Positions 18,386 to 27,493 of a stretch of 63,805 nucleotides of DNA are shown here, piece by piece. Below the pieces are notes generated by a model. It saw only the letters and a program-made list of their open reading frames with translations, did no database searches and had not been told where the DNA came from. Source of the stretch: Thermoanaerobaculia bacterium (GTDB lineage Bacteria; Acidobacteriota; Thermoanaerobaculia; Gp7-AA8); the NCBI GenBank assembly GCA_036506455.1, contig DASXRT010000062.1:1-63805 (forward strand), in the 5' to 3' direction. Position numbers and translations under genes: made by a program. Numbering within the stretch: position 1 is the stretch's first letter; each line of letters opens with the position of its first letter.

Positions 18386-19491
18386 GACTTCGCGGGCGGC
18401 GGGGGTGGGGGAGGCGGTGTCGCCGATCCTCCGAGACCGAGCTCTGCGTAGCTCGTGATTGGAGCCCAGCCGCCTGCGCCTTGACGCCACGCCTGTGTCG
18501 TCGCCGGAACCTGACCCGATTGCACCATCGCGCGCAACGCGTCATCGGTGTAGGGACCGAACGTCTTGCCGTCGATCGAGATCGACCACCGCGCTGCCGC
18601 GCCAGGCGATGGCGGTGGCGGCGGATTGAACGCCTGACCCATCGTGCTGCCGATTGCCATTCCGGCGCCGATGCCGGCGCCCGCTCCCGCGATTCCCCCG
18701 GGATTCGCCGCAGCGACCTTGATGGCATCGGCCGTCTGCAACTGCGCGTATTGCTGCATGCGATCGCCGAGAACTCCGAGTTTCGTCCGCTGATCGATCG
18801 CCGCTTCGACTTCCTCCGGCAGCGAGATGTTCTCGATGTAAAAACGCGCCAGATCCAGACCGTACGCGCCGAACTCGGGTTGCAGGATCTTGACTGCGAC
18901 AGCGGATAGCTCGTCGTACTGCGAGGCCAGATCGAGTGCGGCGATGTGCGCCTCGGCAATCGCGTCGGAGAGCCGCGACAGAATCGTCGATCGAAGCTGC
19001 CCGAGGATCTCCTCGGTACCGGTCAATCCTTGCGTGCCGACGATGTTGGCGAAAAACTTCTTCGCGTCGCTGATTCGAGTCGCGTATGTGCCGTACGCGC
19101 GCACGCGGATCATGCCGAATTCGGGATCGCGCATCATGACCGGATTCGCCGTGCCCCATTTCAGATCCGTGAACAGACGCGTGTTGAAGAAGTAGACCTC
19201 GGCCTTGAACGGCGATTGAAACCCGTACTTCCAGCCGCGCAGTGTCGTCAGGATGGGCATGTTCTGCGTCGTGAGCTGATAGCGGCCGGGCGAGAAGAGA
19301 TCGGCGGCCTTCCCTTCATTGATGAAGAGGGCATGCTGGTTCTCGCGCACGATGAGCTGCGCGTTCATCTTGATTTCCTGGTTATAGACGGGGAAGCGAT
19401 AGACCAGCGTGTTGTTCGAGTCGTCGAGCCACTCGATGATCTCGATGAACTGCGAACCGACCTGTTTGCGCAGGTTGTCAAAGAAGCCCAT
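18382..19491 (-). CDS. SPFH/Band-7 family protein (YdjI / virion-core-protein-like, COG4260 type) with C-terminal GYF_2-like domain
   Basis: Starts MGFFDNLRKQVGSQFIEIIEW (ATG 19491). SPFH core, then a Gly/Ala-rich linker and proline runs, then WSISIDGKTFGPYTDDALRAMVQSGQV..AWRQGAGGWAPI (GYF_2 pattern). Confidence 0.8.
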   Translation of the reverse strand: MGFFDNLRKQVGSQFIEIIEWLDDSNNTLVYRFPVYNQEIKMNAQLIVRENQHALFINEGKAADLFSPGRYQLTTQNMPILTTLRGWKYGFQSPFKAEVYFFNTRLFTDLKWGTANPVMMRDPEFGMIRVRAYGTYATRISDAKKFFANIVGTQGLTGTEEILGQLRSTILSRLSDAIAEAHIAALDLASQYDELSAVAVKILQPEFGAYGLDLARFYIENISLPEEVEAAIDQRTKLGVLGDRMQQYAQLQTADAIKVAAANPGGIAGAGAGIGAGMAIGSTMGQAFNPPPPPSPGAAARWSISIDGKTFGPYTDDALRAMVQSGQVPATTQAWRQGAGGWAPITSYAELGLGGSATPPPPPPPPAKS

Positions 19492-19571
19492 GGAATCCTC
19501 CGTGTGAAGGCGAGTGTACCTTGCCTGGGCGCGTTTCTGCATCAGTCCGAACGATGGCCGGGACATCGCCA

Positions 19572-19807
19572 TCAGGCAGGCCTGACGTACAGAACGATGA
19601 CTTTCGCGCCGAGAGATTGCGCTTTGGCCATCATCGCGTCGACGTCATCGACTTCGACGAACAACTGAACGAGGTTGTGACCCTCGGGAGGTGAGGAAGG
19701 TGAGGGAGGTGAGGGCCACACACCGCCGTCGATGCCGCGCTGTAGAACTTCGTCACGGTCTCCGGATCGCGCGCGACGATCTGCCATTGCACGACGGCGT
19801 TGCTCAT
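19572..19807 (-). pseudogene. decayed VOC/glyoxalase-family gene (frameshifted, internally shortened)
   Basis: The N-terminus MSNAVVQWQIVARDPETVTKFYS is in one frame. The C-terminal GIDGGV..EGHNLVQLFVEVDDVDAMMAKAQSLGAKV is in another. Total span is only about 78 codons. The junction contains a GGTGAGG-type short repeat at 19689-19716. Confidence 0.45.
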
Positions 19808-19839
19808 CGAATCCTCCATTGATCTCGGGCGCACATGAC

Positions 19840-20121
19840 GATCGTGCCCTTGTATAGAAGCTGCTGCAGCGAGACATTCATATCGTCGATCGTGATGCCG
19901 AGCTGTGTCGGCGTCGTTCTCGAGCGCGCAGCAGCGAGCGATTTCGTCAGGCGTCAGCCGCAGCCTTTGGCCCAGCGCGACGATCGCGCGTGTCGTCAGC
20001 CTGCGCCGGCAGCGTGGCGTGATCGGTGTCGAGCATCCGCACGAACGCGCGCAGCGAATAGCGCGGGTTTTTTCCCCCGCCGCCGTTCGAGCTCATCTTG
20101 CAGGATCTGCTGGAACGTCAC
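19840..20121 (-). pseudogene. remnant of an HTH-type gene (N-terminal about 90 codons) split over all three frames
   Basis: Minus-strand pieces are VTFQQILQDELERRRGKK / KNPRYSLRAFVRMLDTDHATL / LTTRAIVALGQRLRLTPDEIARCCALENDAD / TQLGITIDDMNVSLQQLLYKGTIV. They are colinear but in different frames. One shift sits at the GGGGGAAAAAACCC run (plus strand 20066-20079). Confidence 0.35.
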
Positions 20122-20227
20122 TCAGACGGATGCTACTGAAGCTCCCGCCTGACGACAACGATGGTCGACAGAAAAGTGGGGCAAACCCTGATAAGCTCCC
20201 CATCCCAAAATCGAAAGGAGCCTCCTG

Positions 20228-21706
20228 ATGCGCAAGCTCTCTCTCCTTGCCGTAGGTTTGCTTTTCGTCACCACTGCCTTCGCCCAAAAGAACTCCACGG
20301 ACCCCACCTGGTGGGATAAGTATCAGTACTTACTCAACAACGGCCCTGACGCCGCGAGCGGCACGACCACGTCTGCCGCGTTCGGCAGCAATGTCGATGT
20401 GTCGAATGAGTGCGGCCCGCAGAGCGAGACGTACATCACGATCAACACAGCCAAGCCGCAGAATCTCGCCGCCGGATCGAACGAGATCTTCCGCGATCCG
20501 ATGCGCGGCTACTCGTCGAGCGACGGCGGGAACACGTGGGTCGGCGTCGATCTACCGCTCCCGCCGGGCAAGGGATCGGGTGGTCAACGCTTCGGGTCCG
20601 ATCCGACGCTGGCGTTCGATTCGAAGGGCAATCTGTATTACGGTTACATTGTCGTCTTCTTCAGCAAGAGCTTCGGCGGCATCAATGGCACTGAGCTGGC
20701 CGTAGCGAAGTCGACGGATGGCGGCAAAACCTATCCTTCCGTGACGTTCTTTTCGTTTGAAGGCGGTGAGAATCACTTCAACGACAAGCCGATGATCACG
20801 ACTGATCTCAATCAGCGCAGCCCATTCAAGGACAGCGTATACGTCGCCTGGGATGCGGCCATCGGCGGATCGACCAGCGGCGGCATTCGCCTCGCCTTCT
20901 CGCGCGATGGCGGTGCGTCCTTCGACATCACGCGTGCCGATGACCCGCACGGTCCCGGACGCTCGATCGGCGCGGTGCCGTTCATCGGTACGAACGGCGA
21001 GGTCTACGTCGCGTGGAATGACATCGCGCAGAACACCATCGAATTCAACCGCTCGTTTGATGGTGGCCAGACCTGGGATACGCAGCGCACCGTTGCGAAC
21101 AAAGTCATTCCCTTCGATGCCGGCATCCCGGCGGAGTTCGTCCGTCGCGCGTTGATCTATCCGGCGTGCGATGTCGACCGCAGCAAGGGTGCGCATCGCG
21201 GGCGTCTCGTCTGCTCGTGGACCGATACGCTCGACTTCGCTACGACCGACATCCTCACCTCTTTCTCTGATGATAAAGGCACGACCTGGTCGCAGCCGCG
21301 CGCGGCCACCGATCCGATTGCCTATCCGGTGGATCGGTTCAATCAGTGGCTGTCGATCGATCCGACGAACGGTGTTGTGAACGTGTCGTTCTACGACACG
21401 CGCAACGATACGACCGGCTCGCGTTACGAGACGGATACCTATCTGTCGCGCTCCAGCGATGGCGGTTCGAGTTTCGGAGCGAACGTTCTCGTCACAACGG
21501 CGCGTTCGAACGAACACGATTGCAACGGAGTCTTCCCCTGCCGCAGCATCAACTACGGCAATCAGCAGGGTGACTATGAAGGCATCGTCGCCTACGGCGG
21601 CATCGCTCACCCGATCTGGACCGACAGCCGGAGAAACACGGATACGAGCACGGGCTGCGCGCCGCGCGGGTTGATGGAAGAGGTCTTTACGGCCAGCGTG
21701 AAATGA
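20228..21706 (+). CDS. secreted BNR/Asp-box repeat beta-propeller protein (sialidase-like fold)
   Basis: Signal peptide MRKLSLLAVGLLFVTTAFA. Six Asp-boxes: SSDGGNTW, STDGGKTY, SRDGGASF, SFDGGQTW, SDDKGTTW, SSDGGSSF. RBS AAAGGAG. Confidence 0.8.
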   Translation: MRKLSLLAVGLLFVTTAFAQKNSTDPTWWDKYQYLLNNGPDAASGTTTSAAFGSNVDVSNECGPQSETYITINTAKPQNLAAGSNEIFRDPMRGYSSSDGGNTWVGVDLPLPPGKGSGGQRFGSDPTLAFDSKGNLYYGYIVVFFSKSFGGINGTELAVAKSTDGGKTYPSVTFFSFEGGENHFNDKPMITTDLNQRSPFKDSVYVAWDAAIGGSTSGGIRLAFSRDGGASFDITRADDPHGPGRSIGAVPFIGTNGEVYVAWNDIAQNTIEFNRSFDGGQTWDTQRTVANKVIPFDAGIPAEFVRRALIYPACDVDRSKGAHRGRLVCSWTDTLDFATTDILTSFSDDKGTTWSQPRAATDPIAYPVDRFNQWLSIDPTNGVVNVSFYDTRNDTTGSRYETDTYLSRSSDGGSSFGANVLVTTARSNEHDCNGVFPCRSINYGNQQGDYEGIVAYGGIAHPIWTDSRRNTDTSTGCAPRGLMEEVFTASVK

Positions 21707-21711
21707 GCTTT

Positions 21712-21776
21712 GAGGAATGAGGGATGAGGGATGAGGGATGACCGCGAATCATCCCTCATCCCTCGTCCCTCATCCC
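21712..21776. repeat. heptamer-array hairpin, unit GAGGGAT (4 units, 7-nt loop, 4 complementary units)
   Basis: GAGGAATGAGGGATGAGGGATGAGGGATGA-CCGCGAA-TCATCCCTCATCCCTCGTCCCTCATCCC, immediately after the stop at 21706. Confidence 0.85.
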
Positions 21777-21777
21777 T

Positions 21778-21786
21778 TGTTATAAT
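21778..21786 (+). promoter_or_regulatory. candidate extended -10 promoter element (TGTTATAAT) for the yebC-like gene
   Basis: TGnTATAAT consensus read at 21778-21786, 72 nt upstream of ATG 21858. No good -35. RBS AAGAGGAG at 21840-21847. Confidence 0.4.
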
Positions 21787-21857
21787 CCCGCCCCTCAGCC
21801 GAGGCGTGTGGCGTTCGCCCGTCTCTTTCCAACATACCGCAAGAGGAGCGATCTGGC

Positions 21858-22604
21858 ATGTCAGGCCACAGCAAATGGAGCACGATCAAGCACAAGAAGG
21901 GTGCTGCCGACGCGAAGCGCGGCAAGATCTTCACCCGCATCATCAAGGAAATGTCCGTCGCCGCGCGCCTGGGCGGCGGTGACCCGAATTCGAACCCGCG
22001 CCTCCGTGCGGCCGTCGCTGAAGCCAAGGCGAACAACATGCCGAAGGACAACGTCGAGCGCGCGATCAAGCGCGGTACCGGCGAGCTCGAAGGAGCCACC
22101 TACGAAGAGATTACGTATGAAGGCTACGGTCCCGGCGGCGTCGCCCTCATGGTCGAGACCATGACCGACAACAGCAATCGCACTACGCCGGAGATCCGTC
22201 ACATCTTCGAGAAGAATGGCGGCAACATGGGCTCGCCCGGTTCGGTGCGCTTCCAGTTCGAGCGCAAAGGCTACTTCGCCATCGATAAGAAAGTCGCCGA
22301 CGAAGACAAGCTGATGGAGATCGCTCTCGAGGCCGGAGCCGACGATCTTCGCTCCGACGATCCCGACATCTTCGAGATCTATACCTCGCCCGACAACTTC
22401 GAGCACGTGCGCCAGGCGCTGGAGAAGAACAAGATCCCGACGCTCGAAGCGAAGCTCGGACAGATTCCGAGCAACTACGTGAAGCTCGACGAGAACAAAG
22501 CGAAGCAGATGATGCGGCTGATGGAGATGCTCGACGACCACGACGACGTCCAGAACGTCTGGTCGAACTTCGATATCCCTGAAGAGTTGATGGAGACGGC
22601 GTGA
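21858..22604 (+). CDS. yebC: YebC/PmpR family DNA-binding transcriptional regulator
   Basis: [31 protein letters not shown] and [21 protein letters not shown] match across the full family. Confidence 0.9.
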   Translation: MSGHSKWSTIKHKKGAADAKRGKIFTRIIKEMSVAARLGGGDPNSNPRLRAAVAEAKANNMPKDNVERAIKRGTGELEGATYEEITYEGYGPGGVALMVETMTDNSNRTTPEIRHIFEKNGGNMGSPGSVRFQFERKGYFAIDKKVADEDKLMEIALEAGADDLRSDDPDIFEIYTSPDNFEHVRQALEKNKIPTLEAKLGQIPSNYVKLDENKAKQMMRLMEMLDDHDDVQNVWSNFDIPEELMETA

Positions 22605-24499
22605 TGCGCGGCAGCCTTCTGGCTCTCGCGCTCTTCGCCGCTGTCCCGTCCAATTTAGTCGTCGAGAACGTTCCCGACTTCCCGCCGCCGCTCGTGGAGA
22701 AGATTCGTCCCTACCTCGACTACCGTACGGCGGGGCTGCAGGACTGGAATCCGAATCGCGTCGAAGCGCTCATCTCGACGCGATTCGCCGAGGCTGCGCA
22801 GCTTCACGTCGTGAAGATGCCGGGGGGTGACCGGAAACAGATCACCTTCTTCCCCGATCGCGTCGCCGGCGGCACATATCGCCCGCACGACGGCAATACG
22901 ATCGTGCTGGGAAAAGACATCGGCGGAAACGAGTTCTTTCAGTTCTACAGGCTCGATGTTCCGACCGGGGACCTCACGCTTCTCACCGATGGCCAGTCGC
23001 GCAATCTGCTCAATGCCTGGTCGCGCGACGGAAAGTGGCTCGCGTATTCGTCGACGAAGCGCAATGGCAACGACACCGACATCTGGATCGTCGATCCTTC
23101 GAATCCGCAGAGCGCGAAGATGGCTCTGCAGGTCGAAGGAGGCGGCTGGTTCGCCAGCGATTTCTCGCGGGACAACTCGACAATGCTCGTCGCGAACGAG
23201 GTATCGGCGAACGAGACGTACCTTTATCTGGTCGATGTCGCCAGCGGCACGAAGACTCTGCTGACGCCGAAGGGAAGCGTGCCCGTCGCGTATTCTGCTG
23301 CACGCTTCTCTGCCGACGACGCCGACATCTTCTTCACATCCGACGAAGGTTCCGAATTTCAGCGGCTCGTGCGGATGCACCTCGCCGACCGCGCAAAGCG
23401 AGTGATCACGAATGAAAAGTGGGACGTCGATGCTTTCCGCCTCGACGAGGCCCGGACACGGATCGCTTACACGACCAACGAAAACGGCGCGGCGATTCTG
23501 CACATCAGCGATACGACGGGCCGCGAGATCATGCGGCCGAAGCTTCCGTACGCCGTCATCGACGGTCTTCGCTGGCACCCGAACGGACATCTCCTGGGCT
23601 TCACGATGATGTCGGCGAAATCGTCCGCGGATGTGTTCGCGCTCGATGTCGATACCGGAAGTGTGCAACGCTGGACGGAAAGCGAGACCGGCGGTCTCAA
23701 TCCCGAACGCAACGTCGAGCCGCAACTGGTCACGATGAAGAGTTTCGACGGAACGCAGATCTCCGCGTTCGTCTACCGACCCGACGCAAAGAGGTTTCCC
23801 GGCAAACGGCCGGTCATCATCAATATTCACGGTGGTCCGGAAGGACAGAGCCAGCCGGTTTTCCTCGGGCGCACCAACTACTGGATCAACGAGCTCGGCA
23901 TCGCCGTCGTCTATCCGAACGTTCGCGGATCGATCGGCTACGGGAAGACCTATCTCGCCAGCGACAACGGTTTCAAGCGAGAGGATACGGTCAAGGACAT
24001 CGGTACCGTCATCGACTGGATCAAGAGCGATCCGAATCTCGACGGCGATCGCATCGGCATCTATGGCGGAAGCTACGGCGGGTACATGACGCTGGCAACG
24101 GCGACGCACTACAACGATCAGATTCGCGCCGCCGTCGATGTCGTCGGCATCTCGAATTTCCTGACGTTCCTGCAGAACACGTCGGGATATCGCCGCGACC
24201 TGCGCCGCGTCGAGTACGGCGATGAGCGCGATGCGAAGATGCGCGACTTCCTTCAGCAGATCTCGCCGATGAGCACTGCCTCGAAGATCACGAAGCCGCT
24301 CTTCGTCATCGCCGGGTTCAACGACCCGCGCGTGCCGTGGACCGAGGGGCAGCAGATGGTGCAGACAGTCCGCAGCAACGGCGCGCCGGTGTGGTGGCTG
24401 ATGGCGAAGGATGAGGGTCATGGTTTCGCCAAGCGCAGCAATCAGGATTTTCAGTTCACCGCGATGACGATGTTCTGGCAGCAGTTCCTGTTGCAGTAA
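22601..24499 (+). CDS. S9 family serine peptidase (prolyl oligopeptidase/DPP type) with N-terminal beta-propeller
   Basis: Signal-like N-terminus, TolB-like propeller repeats, catalytic GGSYGGYMT, and C-terminal D..H (AKDEGHGF). Confidence 0.85.
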   Translation: MMRGSLLALALFAAVPSNLVVENVPDFPPPLVEKIRPYLDYRTAGLQDWNPNRVEALISTRFAEAAQLHVVKMPGGDRKQITFFPDRVAGGTYRPHDGNTIVLGKDIGGNEFFQFYRLDVPTGDLTLLTDGQSRNLLNAWSRDGKWLAYSSTKRNGNDTDIWIVDPSNPQSAKMALQVEGGGWFASDFSRDNSTMLVANEVSANETYLYLVDVASGTKTLLTPKGSVPVAYSAARFSADDADIFFTSDEGSEFQRLVRMHLADRAKRVITNEKWDVDAFRLDEARTRIAYTTNENGAAILHISDTTGREIMRPKLPYAVIDGLRWHPNGHLLGFTMMSAKSSADVFALDVDTGSVQRWTESETGGLNPERNVEPQLVTMKSFDGTQISAFVYRPDAKRFPGKRPVIINIHGGPEGQSQPVFLGRTNYWINELGIAVVYPNVRGSIGYGKTYLASDNGFKREDTVKDIGTVIDWIKSDPNLDGDRIGIYGGSYGGYMTLATATHYNDQIRAAVDVVGISNFLTFLQNTSGYRRDLRRVEYGDERDAKMRDFLQQISPMSTASKITKPLFVIAGFNDPRVPWTEGQQMVQTVRSNGAPVWWLMAKDEGHGFAKRSNQDFQFTAMTMFWQQFLLQ

Positions 24500-25670
24500 T
24501 CACGATCGCCGCGGCCAGCGCCAGTCCCGCTCCCACCGCGAACGCGGCACGCTGCGACACGTGCTGGTAAATCTCACCGAAGATCAGCGAGCCGGCGAGC
24601 ACACCCAGGCCGCTGACGAGATAGTAGATTCCGAAGCCCTTGCCTCTTGCTTCGGCGGGAAGAAAGTCGCTGATCATCGCGCGCTCCGCTCCTTCGCTGA
24701 ATACAAAGGGAAGCGCATAAAAGACGAAGAGCGCGAAGAACGCTGTCACGCTTTGCGCGAAAGGAAAGAAGAAGTACGTGAGGGCGTAAAGCGTCCAGCC
24801 GATGGCGATGACATGCCGGCGCGGGATGCGATCAGAGAGAGCGCCGCCGTGTGTCGACAGCAGTGACTTCACGACATGATGCGCGGACCAAAGCAGGGGA
24901 AGCATGGCCGTGGAAACGCCCGCGACGTGCGCCTGCAGCAGCAGGAACGCATCGCTCGAGTTCGCCAGCGAGAAGAGCGCGATGGCAAAGATCACGCGGT
25001 GGAACGGGCGTCCGAGGGGAGCGGCGGGTTTCAGCCCGCTGTCCGGCGCATTGAAATGCGCCGCTCCACGCTCCGGCTCTTTCAGCAAGAGCAGCAGCAG
25101 CACCACCGCGATCGCGCCGGGGATCACGGCGATGTAGAACATGTGCCGCATCGTCACGCCCATGCCGCTGAGCAGGAGCGTCGCGATCAAGGGCCCGATC
25201 ACGGCGCCCGTGTGATCCATCGCCCGATGAAAGCCGTACGCGCGCCCACGCTGCTCGGGCGGCGTGACGTCGGAGATCATCGCGTCGCGCGGCGCGGAGC
25301 GGATGCCCTTGCCGGTGCGATCGATCAAACGCGCATTCAACACCGTGATCCAGGTCGACGCCGCGCCGATGAGCGCGCGTGACGCCGCGGCCAGCGCGTA
25401 ACCGGTCGCGATCAGCGGCTTGCGGTGCCGGATTCGATCCGACCATGTGCCCGCGACGAATTTCAGAATGGACGCCAGCGCGTCGGCGGCCCCTTCGATC
25501 AACCCGACGGTGACCGGACTTCCGCCGAGCATCGTCGTGATGAAGATCGGCAGCAGCGGATAGATCATCTCGCTCGCCGAGTCGTTCAGCAGCGAGACGA
25601 CGCCGAGGAGGATGACCTGGGGCTGGAGTTTGCGAAGGGTGGCGGGCGATTCAGCGTTCCCCATCAACAT
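24456..25670 (-). CDS. MFS transporter
   Basis: About 12 hydrophobic helices and the loop 2-3 motif DRIRHRKP. 404 aa. Confidence 0.85.
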   Translation of the reverse strand: MLMGNAESPATLRKLQPQVILLGVVSLLNDSASEMIYPLLPIFITTMLGGSPVTVGLIEGAADALASILKFVAGTWSDRIRHRKPLIATGYALAAASRALIGAASTWITVLNARLIDRTGKGIRSAPRDAMISDVTPPEQRGRAYGFHRAMDHTGAVIGPLIATLLLSGMGVTMRHMFYIAVIPGAIAVVLLLLLLKEPERGAAHFNAPDSGLKPAAPLGRPFHRVIFAIALFSLANSSDAFLLLQAHVAGVSTAMLPLLWSAHHVVKSLLSTHGGALSDRIPRRHVIAIGWTLYALTYFFFPFAQSVTAFFALFVFYALPFVFSEGAERAMISDFLPAEARGKGFGIYYLVSGLGVLAGSLIFGEIYQHVSQRAAFAVGAGLALAAAIVITATGTAARTSSSR

Positions 25671-25764
25671 TCAGCATTCCCCATTGACCATTCAACATTC
25701 AACATTCCCGTTTCCCTGAGGTAAAACAAGAACGAGGAATGTTGAATGTCGAATGTTGAATTGC
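25665..25764. repeat. split heptamer-array inverted repeat, unit CAACATT / GAATGTT (6 units, 30-nt spacer, 4 units) in a divergent promoter region
   Basis: Left arm 25665-25706 (CAACATT CAGCATT CCCCATT GACCATT CAACATT CAACATT) includes the MFS start codon. Right arm 25737-25764 (GAATGTT GAATGTC GAATGTT GAATTGC). Confidence 0.75.
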
Positions 25765-25797
25765 TGATTACAATGTGCCGCTTTTCAAGGAGCCCTC

Positions 25798-26682
25798 ATG
25801 CCAATCAAGAAAGTCGGCGTCCTCGGTTGCGGCCTGATGGGATCAGGCATCGCGCAGGTCGCGGCACAAGCGGGCTACGACACGACGGTGGTCGAGGTCG
25901 AGCAGAAGTTTCTCGACAAGGGAATCTCGGGCATCGACAAGAGCCTCGGCAAGTTCGTCGAGAAGGGGAAGCTCAGTTCCGCGGACAGGGACGCGTGCCT
26001 GTCGCGCATCAAGGGATCGACTTCGCTCCAGGACCTCGCGCAGTGCGACATCGTCGTCGAAGCGATCACCGAGAACCCGCAGATCAAGAAAGAGACGTAC
26101 ACCGCGATCGACTCGATCGTGAAAAAGGACGCGATCTTCGCGTCGAATACTTCATCGCTCACGATCACGGAGCTCTCGATGGCGACGGCGCGTCCGAAGC
26201 AGTTCGTCGGATTGCATTTCTTCAACCCTGTTCCGCTGATGAAGCTCGTCGAAGTTGTGCGGACGATCCTGACGAGCGATGAGGCGTTCAAGACGGCGTA
26301 TGAATTCGCGAAGTCGCTCGGCAAAGAGCCAGTCGCATGCCGCGACAACTCCGGCTTCATCGTCAACCGGCTGCTCGTGCCGTATCTCCTCGACGCCATT
26401 CGCGCTTACGAAGAAGGTGTCGGCTCGATCGAAGACATCGACAAGGCGATGCAGCTCGGTTGCGGCCATCCCATGGGACCGTTCACGCTTCTCGACTTCG
26501 TCGGTCTCGACACGACGTACTACATCACGCAGGTCATGTTCGAGGAGTATCGCGAGAAGCGCTTCGCCTCGCCGGCGCTGCTGCGCAAGATGGTCCTGGC
26601 CGGACGATTCGGGAGAAAGAGCGGGGCGGGGTTTTATGAGTACTCCGGCGAGAAGCCGGCGCCGTTCGACAAGGTGAATTGA
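25798..26682 (+). CDS. hbd: 3-hydroxybutyryl-CoA dehydrogenase
   Basis: VGVLGCGLMGSGIAQV Rossmann motif, NTSSL, and the C-terminal 3HCDH domain. RBS AAGGAG. Confidence 0.9.
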   Translation: MPIKKVGVLGCGLMGSGIAQVAAQAGYDTTVVEVEQKFLDKGISGIDKSLGKFVEKGKLSSADRDACLSRIKGSTSLQDLAQCDIVVEAITENPQIKKETYTAIDSIVKKDAIFASNTSSLTITELSMATARPKQFVGLHFFNPVPLMKLVEVVRTILTSDEAFKTAYEFAKSLGKEPVACRDNSGFIVNRLLVPYLLDAIRAYEEGVGSIEDIDKAMQLGCGHPMGPFTLLDFVGLDTTYYITQVMFEEYREKRFASPALLRKMVLAGRFGRKSGAGFYEYSGEKPAPFDKVN

Positions 26683-27458
26683 TGGAGAACGTAAAGACGG
26701 AGGTTCGCGACGGAGTCCTCTTTGTCACGATCGATCGCCCCAAGGTTCTCAACGCGCTGAACGCGCTCACAGTGGAAGAGATCGGACAGGTGTTCATCGA
26801 CGCGCGCGATGACGACGAGGTGAGGTGCATCATCGTCACGGGTGGAGGGGAGAAAGCTTTCGTCGCCGGCGCAGACATCAACGAGCTGGCCACGATGACG
26901 CCGATCTCCGGCAAATTCATCTCCGAGCGGGGGCAGAACGTATTTCTGCAAATCGAGCGCTTTCCCAAGCCGGTCATCGCCGCGATCAACGGTTTCGCAC
27001 TCGGCGGCGGTTGCGAGCTCGCGCTCGCGTGTCACATCCGCATCGCCTCGGAAAACGCGCAGATCGGATTGCCGGAAGTGACGCTCGGCATCATTCCCGG
27101 TTACGGTGGCACCCAACGCATGGCCCGGCTTCTGGGAAAGGGGAAAGCCTTCGAGCTCGTGTGCAGCGGCGATCGGATCAGCGCCGCGGACGCCGAAAAA
27201 ATCGGCCTCGTGAACAAAGTCGTCCCCGCCGATCAACTCATGAGCGCAGCCGAGGAGATCGCCAAGAGGATTGCGTCGCGGTCGCCGGTGGCGGTGAGCG
27301 CGGCGATCGAGGCCATCAACCGCGGCAGCGACATGTCCTTTGAAGAGGGACAGGTCCTCGAGGCCACCCTCTTCGGCCTTCTGTGTGCAACGGAGGACAT
27401 GAAGGAAGGGATGAAGGCGTTTCTGGAGAAGAGACCGGCAAAATTCCCCGGGCGATAG
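26679..27458 (+). CDS. enoyl-CoA hydratase (crotonase)
   Basis: FVAGADI, AAINGFALGGGCELALACH and PGYGGTQR match the crotonase fold. 4-nt overlap with hbd. Confidence 0.9.
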   Translation: MMENVKTEVRDGVLFVTIDRPKVLNALNALTVEEIGQVFIDARDDDEVRCIIVTGGGEKAFVAGADINELATMTPISGKFISERGQNVFLQIERFPKPVIAAINGFALGGGCELALACHIRIASENAQIGLPEVTLGIIPGYGGTQRMARLLGKGKAFELVCSGDRISAADAEKIGLVNKVVPADQLMSAAEEIAKRIASRSPVAVSAAIEAINRGSDMSFEEGQVLEATLFGLLCATEDMKEGMKAFLEKRPAKFPGR

Positions 27459-27493
27459 TGCCTTCGCGAGAGAGGGCACAGTAAACTGCGCAT

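Noticed and set aside
19572-20228. Track ORFs 19572-19877(-), 19835-20152(+) and 19905-20228(+) as real genes
   Set aside because: Their translations are Arg/Ser/Ala-rich. The recognisable protein fragments in this stretch lie on the minus strand, scattered over several frames, so the region is interpreted as pseudogene remnants.
22655-24421. 588-aa minus-strand ORF
   Set aside because: It is antisense to the well-supported S9 peptidase gene, with a low-complexity Arg/Asp/Val-rich translation. This is a typical high-GC shadow ORF. The same reasoning applies to 2921-3811(-), 16158-17129(-), 29380-30522(-), 29952-31061(+), 54761-55684(-), 59576-60181(-) and similar ORFs.
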